Below are positions 23,788 through 38,369 of a stretch of 64,000 nt of DNA, in pieces; position 1 is the stretch's first letter, and each line of letters starts with the position of its first letter. Origin of the DNA: Lingula anatina. Taxonomy: Eukaryota; Animalia; Brachiopoda. Both the position numbers and the translations under genes were made by a program. The stretch spans positions 2,418,001-2,482,000 of the forward strand of contig CM120645.1 of assembly GCA_051362555.1 (NCBI GenBank), written 5' to 3'. The notes below the pieces were generated by a model. It was given only the letters and a program-made list of their open reading frames with translations, made no database searches and was not told the origin of the DNA.

Positions 23788-26700
23788 CTATGTCCACCCA
23801 CACCCACATCTGGTCACAATCCATTCCAGATTAAGCCTATCCTACACCTAATCTCTTTACCTTGCCTCACCTCCTTCCTCAATAACAACATACCTTTCAA
23901 AGGGTCCATAATACAATTGTCAATTAGCGAACTCCCTGTATAAATGGGTGGAGGGATATGTGGTATTCTACCATGTCGTTCTTCCAAACTCCTCAAAAGA
24001 AGAGAATGATGAAATAAATTCTCCGTGGACAGCATGGTGACTCGGGCCGCCCCTCACAAGTGGTCAGTCCCCACTGTTAACTTGTCCTATTCAGGTATCC
24101 AGTGACCAATGCAGTGCCCAAGGTATTTAATGTCCAAGACGTTCAGTGACTACAAATTTTCTGTTGCCTGTCTTCCAATGTGGCATAAATATTTGCCAAA
24201 TATCACTGGGCATAAACACACAAACAGGATACTCCTACCTGTGTGTTGTAACTGAGCTCCCTGACCAAGATTCAAGTGCAGTGACAGTCTAGTTAAAGGG
24301 GTAAAAGCCCACTGAGAAATAACCATGTGTTGTCCTTATGGCCAAGTGTTAAATGACTTCTGTCACTAACTGTAGGTGAAGGTAGTGTTTTGTGCACAAC
24401 TGTGAAATTAATTTCCCCCCTCCAGGTATGTAGATGAGCTCCCTAGACTTATCTCATTATCCATGTCACGGGGCACCGAGTCACAGCATTACCTGTGATA
24501 AGATGGCTATCTAATACCCATCACAGAGTATACATGCTCGGGGCACATAGTGAACGTCACAACAAACCTGGATATGGATGATTAATGACCCATGCCCCCC
24601 CCCTCCCTCCAGCAGTTTGTCTCCAAGGGCCCCCTTTTTAAAGTGTGATTCCATCTCTTCTTCAGCCAGCCCCTATTGTGTATGCAGAGCTGACTGGTAC
24701 CTTCCCAGGGCAGCCTGGAATGCTGCACACATTCACTCCTACCAGGGGACCTCTGCTTCCTTGCTGCATGTCACAGTGATTACAACTGAAACCTTAGCAG
24801 CCAGCCAGTGCTGGATAGTGTCATGCCCTTGTTGGTGTTTATTATAATCTGCAGTGTTATGACATAGCTATGTATGTATTACAGTCTTATGTGACAAAAT
24901 CACTAGTAGTCTTTCTTGGGACAAGGAAGAAGAATTCAAGTGCCTTAGTTTTCCTCAAGAGTATTCGTGAATTACTATATATTCTGAATATTCTAATTGT
25001 ACTGCAAATCTTTCCATGCAGCCAATGGCACTTATCATTTTTGCACTTAATTGCCCTTTCGACTTATCAGGCCTGTGAAAGCACATGTTTTACCCCACTT
25101 AATATATCATAATACTTCAGTGGAGGATGGTTTAAAAACCTCTGCCTTTAGGCAATGTACAGAATGGACACGCCACCAAAGCTGTTAACTACGTGTTATC
25201 CAGTCCTAATAAAATACTGGCCTTGAGGTCATTTTTGCATGCTCTAGTTTAAACAAACTTAAAAGTATGCAACAATTAACAGATAACTGAGAAAAACAGG
25301 AAAAAAATTGAAAATAAAAAAAACAAACAATATTCTCTCTAGCTCTTAAGCCAAAGTAAATCATCTCACGCAGTTGGCAAAAGTTCATTTCACACCTGAG
25401 CTCTACATGTGATTATACAAGGTGATAATGAGGGAGATAACGACATATAATGATTCTGACAACCGTAACAGAGTCTGCTCATAACAAACATCACACCCTG
25501 CACACGTTATACATTGACGCAAATACTAGTAATTACGTCTCTCTAACCAGCCTCAATATTAGATTTCTCCGTTGAATATTTTAACAGTAGTACATGTATT
25601 AATCAAACAACACAAAGAGTTGTGTCAAGTGGATGGCAACACATATATATCCTATTGGAAGTCCTTTAACTATATGAGTCTGTGCACTCAGTTTTGCTCC
25701 AACCCCCCCCCCCCCCCAATCCTCTCTCCCATATGTAATTTTAATATGTTGCATATGAGAACCAATCAATATGGTCTTTTCTTGCAAATTAGCATGTGAT
25801 AGGTATACCAGTCAATGCACTTTGCTAAAATGCATCCAGGGAGATGACTTTTTTATAACTGCCCCTACCTTTCCAAAATACACACAAAAAACACACATGC
25901 ACATGACTGAAACAAAATGCACTTATTCTGAACTAAGAATATTTCACTAGATGTCATCCTTCACAATTTTCACACAAAAAAAGAGACAGTCAAACAGACA
26001 GACAGTGAGCTATCTAGCTCCTTTCTTAGTCCATTATCAAAAGCATATTATCTTCATCTCTCTTTCTAATTATAGATTTAAATGTGTCCATGGCCACAAG
26101 TCCTACAAACCAGAGCAACAAGTGAGATAATTTTTTCATTAGGCCAAGTATGGTAATTACTCTGAATTTCTAAATGCCTTACTTTTTCTATCATTTTACA
26201 TTTCAAGACTCAAGATTTTCAGACACTTACAACAGTTAACTTTCTGACACAAATCTAATTTCACAAAACATTTTCTTCAAATTTTTGAAATATAAGATAG
26301 CAGTAGAAGAACTGGAAAATGAACATATTTTGGTGGTAATATCATAAATCCATGTTGTTCGAAAAGCGAGTAATGACTGTCAGACAGTCTGCAGTATGAG
26401 GATATCTGTTCATACCTGTCTCTTGACATAAAAAGTTAATTACTGGTTTTGTTCTATCACAGGTGTTATGATCAAATGAAATATTCATATTGCTGATTAC
26501 AGTAGCACCTCTAAATTTCCTTAATCTCACTGAACAGTTCACAAGTATGGTTTATCTTCATACAAATGAGCATGCAATTCCAAAGGCAATTAACTAAATG
26601 AAAATTATTTTGATCATTTATTGTGACAAAGCTGTCTGTTTATCTATTTTCTTTATTTTTTGCTGAGATTATCTTTACCTATTTACATAGACTTGGCTTA

Positions 26701-27048
26701 TCTACTAATGAACAATTTTGTTGCATGCATGTTTTAGTAATAATTTACTAAACTGTAATTAAATTTGCTGTTGGATTATTATCTCTTATTTTCACACAAG
26801 CCTTACGGACTTATACACTTGGTATCCTTAAGTGTTATTTGTCAACAAACCTTGTACAGGGTATGGAGTTATCAAATTTTTCTAAAACATTCCCTTTCTC
26901 TGAGACCAGACCTAACATTTGGCTAAACTGATTGAGGAGAATCCTTAAAACACTGTCTGAATGAGTCAAGGTTGGTTGTGAACAATTCTTAAACTTAAGA
27001 ACTGACAGAATAGAAAATCTAAGGGCATAATTTAAAAATATTATTTAC

Positions 27049-27183
27049 CTTTTTTCACAATAGAAGATGAGGAGAGTAGCTCGGAGGAGTCATAATGTTC
27101 GACTTTCTGGCGCTTTGCTGCTGGCTCAAATGTTGAGGAACAATTGCTGTCTGTTGCCGGGGATGCAGAATACCGCGACAAAT
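27049..27183 (-). CDS. Elk: Upstream Elk exon (135 nt, phase 1-1), in frame with the ETS exon
   Basis: Acceptor TTATTTCCAG| and donor AAG|GTAAAT. It translates without stops as xLSRYSASPATDSNCSSTFEPAAKRQKVEHYDSSELLSSSSIVKKG, joining G|GT-ATG of the ETS exon. Confidence 0.7.
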
Positions 27184-29531
27184 CTGGAAATAAATTACAC
27201 AATATCAACTACTGACTACCTTAGATCTTAGGCAGTTTTTATATATAAAGTTTAAGCCAATTACTTTAATCAACACATTTCAAAACAACTTGCATTTTTT
27301 CTTTCTCTCTCTCTGATATTGAATTACTACATGTAATAATCACCCACTCATGGTTAGAATTTTAGCAAATGTGTTTGCCAGCAAGGAGAAGGAGAGAAGA
27401 CTCTGTGGAATCAACCTTTCACTATCTTTACAATAATCGTAAGACAAAACCAAGATGAAAACTCAGAGTAAGTTGTACTTCTTCCTCTACACTCCACACA
27501 AGTGCACTCCAAGTGACTGTAACATTATCCATTTTTCCAGGCCCACAACAATTACATTACTTTAAGAAGCAAAACACAAATGTTAACTTTTGTGCAGGTT
27601 GAAAATTTAGTGCTTTTTTATTCTGATCATAAAATGCTGCATCCCCCTAGGGGCACGAATATTCCAACCACTTATCTCCTAATTGCAAACTAGTTTTTTT
27701 TTTTTTTTTTTTTTTTTTGCAGTCAAGCTTGCACATGTGTTAGTTTTATTATTACATTTATATGATAAACAACATTTTCATGATAAAAACTCATCTTTTT
27801 TTCTTTTTCTTTTTTTAAGTACAAGACAGATTAGGCTCCAAAAATGCTTGAAATTCTATGTGATCTAGGGGCCAGTTATTGTAGCTAACAAATTACCAGG
27901 CCTTGCCCAAAAGTAAGGATATTAATATGTCAACAGTAACATTAATGCTCCCTTGCCGGGGCTGAGCTCCCATCAAAGAAGAATTCAGGGTAGCCATTAT
28001 ATGGTGTTTGCCCTGAAGACTTCTCGGCTTTATATTCATCCAGACAAGGCTCACCCTTGCTGGTTGAAAAACCATCAATATTTCACATAATGCTTTCTTT
28101 CTTAGAAAAGTGGTAAAAATGTAGTCATTATTTTTGATTGATTAATAATATGTTTTTGATTCAAAGAGTACTTTGATAAAATATTTATTAATTTCTCTTT
28201 TTGTGTTTCAAACAGATAGTTGGCTTGATAATGACCAGACAGTGTCTCCCTCTGGTGAGTCAAACAACTAGGCCCCAAATCATGGATGTTGGCAGTGTCC
28301 CAGGCACTCACTTTGTGTGTGTGTTTAAAATGCCTGGATCTGTTAAAGGGTGTTTTGGATTGAGTGAAGTCTTAGGTGACATTTAGTAGCAAGTCCATTG
28401 TTTGAGTGGTATGTAGTTTGTGGCGTTGGTGAAATTCCTGAAGTATTCGGTGTTTGTTGCCTCAGTGCTTGGGCTACCTCTACATTAAGTATATTGTTCC
28501 TCCCCCCCTGGTGGCAATAAACTTGATAACCTTTTCAGACCCACTGAACTTAATCTCTGCCTTTGGCAGTTCTACCACGTCCAAATATGTCAACTGTGGT
28601 TACTGATGTAGACTAGGTAATATTTTCATACAAAATTCAATAATATGATTCATATCAATGTAAATATCCATATAACTTTTTGCTGATGTCATATTAAACA
28701 TGAGTCATCAACCAAATGGAGAGAGAGAATAAACATTCAGTGCAAATTGTGATTAATTAGTCAAATGGCTATTTAGCTAATGCATCCTTCTTCAATATTA
28801 ACTGGTGTCTTAGACAATGCCATTACTGACCATATAAACCACCAGTATGACAAATACTTATTTCCGTGTGGACCCCAAAGAAGTTCATACTTGACACTTG
28901 TCATGAGGGGGGGAAGGGAGGGGGGGGAGGAGTACTTTCATAGAGGGGGTCATTAAGTATCTTTTAGTTATTATCTTCACCCCTTTTGATGACCCTGATA
29001 ATTTGAGCAGGGGATGGGGGGGGGGGAGATGTGTTACCATTTCCTGTTGCCATTTCTGATATCAACAGTAAATAAATGACACATCATCAGAAACTTGAGG
29101 AAATCTAAGCGAGGAAATCCAAGTAGCTATTTCGATACATATTGTTCAACAAGGTGAATGACGTCACCTGAAAAAGGGCTATAGAAAATAATGAATTCTC
29201 ACCTTCCATTCCAGTATTATACATATATTGTTTTCTTTTCCACTTCCTAGCCTTGCTTTTGTTTATTGTTTCTTGAGTATTTCTGAAAGAAACAAAACGA
29301 TGCACAATGACAAAATAATAAAATTTTCCTTAATTTTCTTCAAATTTACTTGTGAATGTTAAAACATGCATACTTAAATACATATCTATTTGAGTCTAAC
29401 TATCACAATGAAAATACCTAAAATATGATTTTACCAAGAGATTGATATTTACAATAAAAAGGAGCAATTTTTAAAACTTCTGTAGGTCGTGGTCACATCT
29501 GGGCCAGCTTGATGTCAAACAGACCATTTAC

Positions 29532-29612
29532 GGTTTAAGCTGAGCAGTATGTGAACACGGCCGTCTTGGTAGTAGTAGTTGTATGGCAGTAGTAACATAT
29601 GACTCATGTATC
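29532..29612 (-). CDS. Candidate Elk start-codon exon (81 nt)
   Basis: TTTCAG|GATACATGAGTCATATG...AAACC|GTAAAT encodes MSHMLLLPYNYYYQDGRVHILLSLN ending in phase 1, compatible with the 27049-27183 exon. The splice sites are weak. Confidence 0.4.
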
Positions 29613-31077
29613 CTGAAATTAAGTCCAGGCCTAAATTGTTTTCCTTCGTGTGCTCCCGGATATTGGTCTGGCATATCATCAAGAGTAAACTATTGTTTCT
29701 GCTTATGAAATGATCACAAGTTAAATGCATGGTTGCGAAAATAAAAAGAGTATAATTTGGAAAATGGTTTGTACTGTTATTATACTGTTAGTATAGAAAG
29801 TATTATTAATGAGGTAATTATACTGAAAATTACATAAATTGTTCGATTGACTGTAGGGTTATTACAACTTGAATTTGAATAAAATTTGAATAAAAGCTTT
29901 AAAAAAATAAATATCTGAAGAAGGTTTAATCTGTAGAAGTTTTGTAGTTTTGGTACAAATTGTACTCTCCCATGGTAAATAAACTTAGGTGGAAAAAAAT
30001 GTGGCAGCCGTCCTAGAATGCCCTTGAAATGATTCATCAAGCAGCGGGGGAAACTTCATAAAAACTTGTTTCATTCATATTGTTTCAATGTGAACAATTC
30101 AGGTTTGCAAAGGAGTGCTTCAGCATGTTTCCATTACCTGCCTTGCTAGTACACAAGGCTGTTCCTTGTCAGTACTCTATTCTACTGAATTTTTTTTCAA
30201 CAAAATCAGGGCAAGCTTATTGTACTACAGTGCACCATTATTTCAAGAATCACACACGATCATTAATCTTCACTTAAAAAAGGCATTGTTTTAATTCTCC
30301 GAAATTTCCTACTTGAGTAGATGGTTGAATATATACCACTGCAATCGTAAAGACGAATAAAAAAATATCCCCATGATCTTCTCAGACTTGTCGCTTGGAC
30401 TGTCATAAGTAAATTGCATATTATTGATTTCATATTGAATTATGCCAATAATCCTCACAACTCTGACGTAAACCTGCTTATATGGAAGGTGATCGCTTGG
30501 ATCAATCAACTGGAAAATCGTTAAGAAGTGTAATCTTGATCAGGAAATAAACTAATCAACCATCTCAAAGTAGGTCGCCGTCCTGTGATGTACATTTCAA
30601 GATGTCGTGTAAGTGGAGAGGGAAGTTTCACTGTACCTCAGGTCTTCTAGTCACCGGCCTTCTCACCGTGGGTTGACGAAAACAGCAACAATAATAGTAA
30701 CGTAAAATCACACGGAATCCTTACACAACCTATGATGAGGTTTAAAATGAGCCGTGAACGACGTGACGGGGAGATTAGGTCAGGAAACCAGGAAGAGATT
30801 CGATGACGTTTTGATCACAACCAAATCAAAATTCACAGAACTGCCTCGAATCTGATGTTGCCATTGGCCAGCAGTTCGCTGGGGTGCCATAGTTCAGGGG
30901 TTCAGTAGTCAGAAATCCCCCGGAAATCCGTATAATATTTAAGCATGTGCACGCATTGGTGTGCCGCAGTTCTGAAGAGATGCCATCGTATATTTGACCT
31001 AATCCAAGATCGAACTGTCTCCCGCCATATTATCATTTTTTGACTAACGACAACTAGTGACATAAAAACTCACTAAC

Positions 31078-31176
31078 CTGATCTTATTTCTTTCTTGTCT
31101 TTTCTTTGGGACGGTAGGAATAAGACTGTTAACTTTTACACTCCTACACTCCTACTTTGGTGGCAAAAATTTAACT
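31078..31176 (-). other. Candidate non-coding first exon of Elk
   Basis: Initiator-like TCAGTT on the minus strand (31173-31178), no ATG, and a donor CAG|GTTAGT at 31078/31077. It lies immediately downstream of the motif cluster. Confidence 0.45.
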
Positions 31177-31216
31177 GATGAATCATCTGGCACACAAATA
31201 GTTTTGTTGTTTTCGT

Positions 31217-31479
31217 ACCAGGAAGAAGGGGAACACCTTGCTAACGTCATGGGTCACGTGGTAACAACGGCTGACGTCATTCTCCATATAAGGGATTAAT
31301 CACTTGGGGAATGTCGCTCAGTGACCTCTTGCCATTTGCTGTTTCTATTTAAAGATCAAATATGCGACACAGTTTAGGGGACAATTCCATTCATTGGACC
31401 GACTTGTTTACTCTGATAACAATTGCACCCTTGTTAATTTAAATATGAATATAACCGGAAAACTTGTGACCATATTTGG
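31217..31479 (-). promoter_or_regulatory. Elk promoter: ETS, E-box, CRE and two perfect CArG boxes (SRE-like)
   Basis: ACCAGGAAG 31217-31225; GTCACGTG 31253-31260; TGACGTCA 31272-31279; CCATATAAGG 31284-31293; ACCGGAAA 31454-31461; CCATATTTGG 31470-31479. Confidence 0.7.
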
Positions 31480-34400
31480 GTGTTAGAATTTGTGTTAATG
31501 GGAAAAGTTATTTATGTGTTATGGGGTATAACTTTGCGTCAGGAGACGACATTTAAGTCTGGTCTGGGATTGCGAGCCTGACATGTTTACAAAATTAAGG
31601 CACGATATCAGAACAGAACTCACGAGAACACTTGCGAGAGCCAAAAATTGAAATGAAAAATAATCAAAATGATAATGACATGAAAAAATAGCGCGTTTTC
31701 AGTACAGTTAGACCTCTATTCAGTAGGACACGGGGGAGACAGGTAATGGTGGGGGGGGGGGGGGGGGGGGGGGTCCCTCTGTTGGATTTAATAAAAAATA
31801 TTATTTTAAATATTGAATAAAGTAGATCATTTTACCTAGGATTGGCTGTTTTACTATTGCATTTTTTGATGCCACGCGCCACAAACATCCGCTCTCCAAG
31901 ATTAAATGTAAAGAAAGAATGATTTCTTTGCTACAATGGGCCGCCTTCGTGGCAAAGATCCAGTGCTTAAATTACAATGCGTTGGCAGAATCATACCGCA
32001 AAAATATTGGTATCTGAATTTTAGTACAAACAGGTTATTTCATTTTAAAATTAACACTTGCGATAAAAAATATATTCAGTCTACTACCTGGTCCTGGACG
32101 GGGGAGGGGATGAGGGGGGGGGGGCGAGGGGGGGGGGGAGGAAGTCTAGGATGGCCTGGTAATAAGCTCATACGCATGTTCTTAAAAACTGAACCCTAAA
32201 TGCTCTTCAGATCTAGTTCTTGGCCCCTTATTTCTCGCAAGTCACGTAATCTGAACACGTAACGCGTTATTCACATCTAGATTTTGACCTTCTTGTGTTC
32301 ACATAGCAAAACATATGTTTACTTCAACGTATTTGATTTTCTTCTTTTCTTTTTTTTTCTCAGGTCTTTCTTCAGGCAGGTAAAGAAGCGCTGTCAGACA
32401 TTGATAAAGCATTGCATGATCCAACCATGAGTAAACGAAAGTGTTGCCACTAAGTAGGAGAAACCTTAGACGAAATACAGTACGGCTCCAAAACGCGTTT
32501 ATCTTAAATACTTTTACCTTCCTTTTCAAAAATTAAAAAAAGCGTCAACGTATTTGCTCTATATCTCACCCATTATAATGCGTTATTCCTTTTAATGATT
32601 TTAAATGTTTTTCTAAACTTAAAATAGGCGGGGAGGGGGGGGGAAGCACTAGAGCTGTTCATGACAGTAAATTTGGCTTAGACAATTAAAGAAAAGTGCA
32701 CGTATTTGCAGATTTATAAAAACAATAATTCACTGATCTAATACATAAAATATATATCTAAAATTTAGTTCTCTTGAGAGTTCTTTAAGAGGATAGTTAA
32801 AACTGAAACATGTTAAAGATTTCAATAAATTCATTGCGACGTTTCTGTAATTTTCTGTTTCTTTTCTTTTTTCTTTCATAGCCTAACAGACTCTTTTCCT
32901 TTTGGAAGGGAATAATAACATTCACTGGCCAAGTCACCGTCAAGCAACGGTTTTATGAATATCAACGATACAATAAAATAATTTAACATTATATTTCTCT
33001 TGCTGAAATAAGACATCTAAGTGTTGTGCACCGCTTTACAGGCAGTGGAGGTGAAGTTTGACCATGACCATACGATGAAACAGGTTTTTCCTTGTCTCTT
33101 GCAAAATGATGAATCTTAAAAAAAATAATCGTTTAATGTGATCAAGAGCGTTTGATAAAGGTTCGAAACGCCATGGCTCATAGAAATTTTAAGAAAAACT
33201 TCTTTAGAAACTATTCACTTTTTAAATCAACGTTATTAGTATATAGTTCCTTCTGCTAATGTCCTACTTGACAAAGTGCGGTTTTCCTGTCAAACCGCAG
33301 TCGAGTCACCAAGAAACAGGTTTCGTTTGTTATCATCCGGTGCGTCAGGGTTACATTTGTTGACGGCCGTTTTGGGTTCGTTTTTGGATCTAGGACAGTG
33401 AATTGTTTTTGAAAAAAAAAATTGTAAACGATCACGACGCCTGAAGGTTGATAATACATCGGCGGTTTTATTTATTTATTAGACTTAAGAAAATTTAGAG
33501 TTAAATTTCGGATGTGTTTCTGATTTTTTTTGTAGCAATATATTGTTCAAAGAAATCACCAAAGCCCTACTTTTTAGTATTGCTCCTCCTGAATTCACAC
33601 CCATTCTAGTTGTCTTTATTATCTAATTATCATATTTCTTTATTTTGTTCAGTGTCTTATTCAAGTGAAAAAGATTGGTTCGGATAAGACGCCTAATGAA
33701 ATTTCTAAGTCATATTCCATGCGTCGTATATAATTGTACCTATGAGAAAATAAATTTGCATTTTAAATGAATCAAGCTGATGTTTATATTCTTTTCTTAT
33801 ACTTAATCTCCCACTCGCTGACCAGGCAAGCATGCACATGCGCGCACACACACACACATTTCAGTCCCCAACTTGGTTTCTTCTTTCCAAAACACGCGCA
33901 GATGTCTATTTAGCATAATTGCGCAACATTAACACCAGCCGTGACAAACAAATTAAAATATTAACCTGACTCCTGACTCTCAGTGGTACTTACAAGTGGT
34001 TTTCACGCGGAAATAGTTGCTTTTCCTTATTTGTTGTCCGATTACGATCCTGCTGGAGGGCGAATTATGGTACATGTAGCCGCCGTGCGATCCAAGGGTT
34101 GGCACCGAGGTTTTTTTAATCACGAAGTGTTGAATTTGGGAAGTCTGAATTTAATCTCTCTCGCACAAATCAAGCTGGTCATTTTTATTCTAAAGTGTTT
34201 ACGTCCGTAAACAACCATAACATAGCTGAAAGATAGGTCTAAAATTAGACACATCAGTAAAAACCATATGACCACCTCTTTCAAGCGCATAGAGAAAGTG
34301 CTGGGGATTTTTAAAAGCTCTCTTCATCGAAAATAACAGAAACTTACGTTATCGTAAGTGTCATTGAACTTATTGGTACTGATTCAATCGCGTTCGCAGA

Positions 34401-37400
34401 ACTCACGATGAGTCATGAATGATTTTGTCCAGATCACTTTCACCATCCTCGTTAATTGAATCCGGTGTTAAGGGCTCCGACCATCGTTAGAAAATTGGGC
34501 TATACATTGTGTTGATTATTGGCGCAGGTTGATCCTAAGCGAAAGCTTAAAGCAAAGATGAATTTTGAATAAAAGAAGACATTGTAGCCACGGACGTTTT
34601 CATTTTTCTTCTATACAACCGCACCTTCTGCGTTTACATCAGCAAAACAAAAATAATAACCACTTATCTTAATTTTGAAATAATATTTTCTGTCCTCAAG
34701 GAGTGCCTTATTTGTTTCTTAATAAGCCTTAGAGAATAGTTAACAAAGTTGGGCGGTCCAATCACTGACTGTTCGAGTCACGCATGCTGTTCACAAGCAA
34801 GCCTACCCAATTTGAATTTGCAGCACACGACTTTGTAGCCAAAGAGCAGTGCTAGTCAGTAATATTATATACTTTGACGTCAACTAATTTAATTCCTGTT
34901 TAACTGTTCTCCCGTTGAACATTTGATTCCTGTTTACCTGCGTTGCTTGGAGATAAGACTGGGAACATTTTTATCCTAATTATTTCGTCAACAGTGTCAG
35001 GATTTCCCTGTAGTGTTTGTTTCACTGAATAACAATGAAAGAGAAAATAACCTGTTTGATGCATATATTTTCTCCCGGTACTGTTTTCATTTAAACGTAT
35101 ATAGTCTTTTATATCTTTAGAGTGGAAGTGATATAGCATCATATCTTCTAGAAAATTGTGAATTTAATTATGCTTTTAAAAGAAAATGATGCTGAAGTAA
35201 GTAGTTGTTACCGGCGCATATATTGCTCAGTGTTTTGTAAACAGAGATAAAGATAAATAAAATCAACTGAGGAAACTGTACCCAATGCCCTGTGGTCAAT
35301 GTCACGGAAAAGATGGACATTTATGGTGTCGTTTAATATTCATAACGGTACTTACACTGCAAAGGATAGGCCTTTTACGTTTTCGTGATATATATTATTT
35401 TATGGTCCGTTGTTTAATATCCGTTTATCATGTACGGACGTCACGACAGGATCAGAACTCAAAGATCTAGAATAATTACGTAGCCTTGGGTCAAATATAG
35501 CACTGTTACAAATCAATATATGTTATTAGATGCGTTATTGACTGGTGTTAATATCAGTGAGGGATTTAGTTCAGGTCATATGCTGTGCGTAGCTAGAATT
35601 CCCTTGATGGAACTGGTTGTGATCGTTTTGCTCGAGTATAGAATGTGTTAGGTGTGATTTGACACAGCTGCCACATTACTGCAACTTCATATGGGCAGTT
35701 CTCCGTTCAGTGGTCTCGCTGTCAGTGATAGCGCAACGGTCTATTTCTGTCGGAATTGGTTGGTTGCGTTAGTAAAGAATACCTTGGGTTTGGAATGTCC
35801 TACCATTTGCTGCGTTTCCTGGCACCGAGAGAAAGGACCGAAAGGATAGAAAAAGGATAGAATTTAGTAAATGAAAGACAACAGGCGATACATGTAGGCC
35901 TAACTTTGAGTTGTGTGATTGATAATCATGATATGACCTAAATATGCAAACAGAAAACGGTTTTATGTTGCGAAATAGAACCATAAAAATCTGAGATTGC
36001 GCAAGGCGGTTTATATTTTGAGAGGTGGACATGATCTAATGCATGGAAGACAAAGTGTCAAAGATTAATAAAAGATATTGAAAACTAAGCACGTTTAGGT
36101 GAATACGGGGGTGAGTGGATGGTGATAGCCCCCCCCCCCTTCCGTTCTAGGTCAAAAATAGGGCCTACTGATCCGTAGCCCGCGAAGAAACTGTAACATA
36201 CCTTGAATTTTTCTTAAAATGAAAGAAATCATTTTCTTAACTTGTAATTTTCCCAAGAGCATCTTCGCAGTGGGGGGCTGGCGGAGAGGCGAAAAGAGAA
36301 AAAATTACCTTTTAATCCTCCTAATTTTCTAAATATTCTGAAAAAGCTTGTGCGACAGAAATTTAAGTGAATGAATTTGAATGGCGAATTTGACCTCGTA
36401 ACGGAAATGCAATAAAAATTCATTTCATGGATTATTTGGCTCCAACAATTCGCCCCTATGTCCTTAACTGTTTTCCTTGTATTTGGCGTTTGCGACACCA
36501 TTCATAACAATCTACATTACAGGTTTTAATGCATTTTACGTCAACCGTGGCTTGTATTTTTATCTAATTCTCCTGATGCTTTCTGTATATTATAAAATAT
36601 GGATGCGTACCCTGAGTTTCAGAAGTCGCAGAAAACTCCCTACTTTTATCAGCATACATTTCCTCATGCTGGAGACGGTAAAGGCAGGTTGATATCTTAG
36701 ATATAACATAGGAATCCCCAGCATCCTCTGAGCCTCAGGGTGAAACTGGTGACGTCAGAGGCATGCTGATTGTAGAGGATTCCCAGCGACCCCTGCAACC
36801 CAGGGGTGGAAGAGGGGGACCAGACAAAGAACCAGATAGCTCCCCCACTGTGGTACAATCAATGTTTTACATACACGCACGTGTGGTTAGCCTAAATTTA
36901 ACCAGCGAGAGATGCTTAAAATGCAAAATAAATCATTTTCTTCAAATTAAATTTCAAGTGTCGTAGGCCTACCACTTCAGGCAATGTTGTATATGGTTGT
37001 ATACATCACCGCGGGCTTTTATCGGTTCATTTTAATGTTAACGTCCCAGAGCTAGTATATATCTGATGTGAACATCGTTTATATTGGAGTGATATTGTTT
37101 AAGGCTGGGGAAGGGGCGGCATAACGTATTAGACCGAATATAACTAATTTGAAAAGGACTGTTTTAGGATATTTTTGTTGCACTGGATATACTGATGCTT
37201 TTTGCTAATACTTAAAACCAATCGTATGTATTTTTGTGATGCTCTGTTGATAAGAGGTATTCAAACAACTGATGTCACAATGACGCTGAAGAGACTGCTA
37301 AAAGTTATTAAAATACGATTTAAAAACATCTGTTTTCATGTATTAGTAGAAACAAAAAGGAAAAACCGAAGAAAAAATATTTTGGAAAAAATATTTCGTA

Positions 37401-37462
37401 GTAAATGTCAACTCTGTAAACTGTCCTCTTCAATAAATGATTTACTATATACTGTGCATGTA

Positions 37463-37526
<64 letters not shown>

Positions 37527-38369
37527 AGCATTTGTTTAACAATTTTGAGCGTAAAGCTCAACAAATATTCGGTTGGCAGGAGAGACCTACACACAAATAA
37601 TAATAGTGATAATAATGATAAATAAGTAAATGAAATTAAAAAAGGAGAAAATGAAAATAGAAACATTGCCTCTGAGCTAAAGATTTAAAGTGATATGACA
37701 AGAAAGGATTGTCATAAACTCATCACTGTGACGTATTTGCACCGTATTTTTGACTCTATTGGCCAGGAAGAACTTTTCAGGTCACTCCCATCTGAATCCC
37801 CCCAAAATCCCTCTTGATAGATACGCTTAGTCGCTAGACTGTGTGCAATTCCAAACGATTCTCCTGGAAAACATTCCACAGCGCCAACAAAGTTCGTCGT
37901 TTTATTATTTTTTTTTTAGATTCTAGAAAAAAATCACACGAAACGACCATCTTATTTTTCCTCTTGCAATTAGTCATTCGTTTTACTTACTTGATCTATT
38001 AAGTACGTAATTGCACACTTTACAATATAAAGTTTGCAAAATTAAAACTGTTTTTAATCATAAATTTCTGATTTTTCCTTACTGAAATTATGGCGCTGAA
38101 TTTTTATATTGTTGAATTCACTTAAATTTCGAAGCAGAAAGCTATCAGTTTAAAATAACTTGTTTGTCTGACAATTTATTGGAGAAAAGAATAAAATAGG
38201 CAAACACTTCCTCCGTTCTGGAGAGTGGGTACTTTTTTGATAAAAATATGTTTGCAATTTCATATTATAACTATGATTAAAGGTGGGTAAGGTAGGGAAT
38301 TCAACCTGCTAAAGTAAGTGCTGGTTTAAAGAAACCAAAACTAAGTGCAATACTGAATCCAACTTTCAG

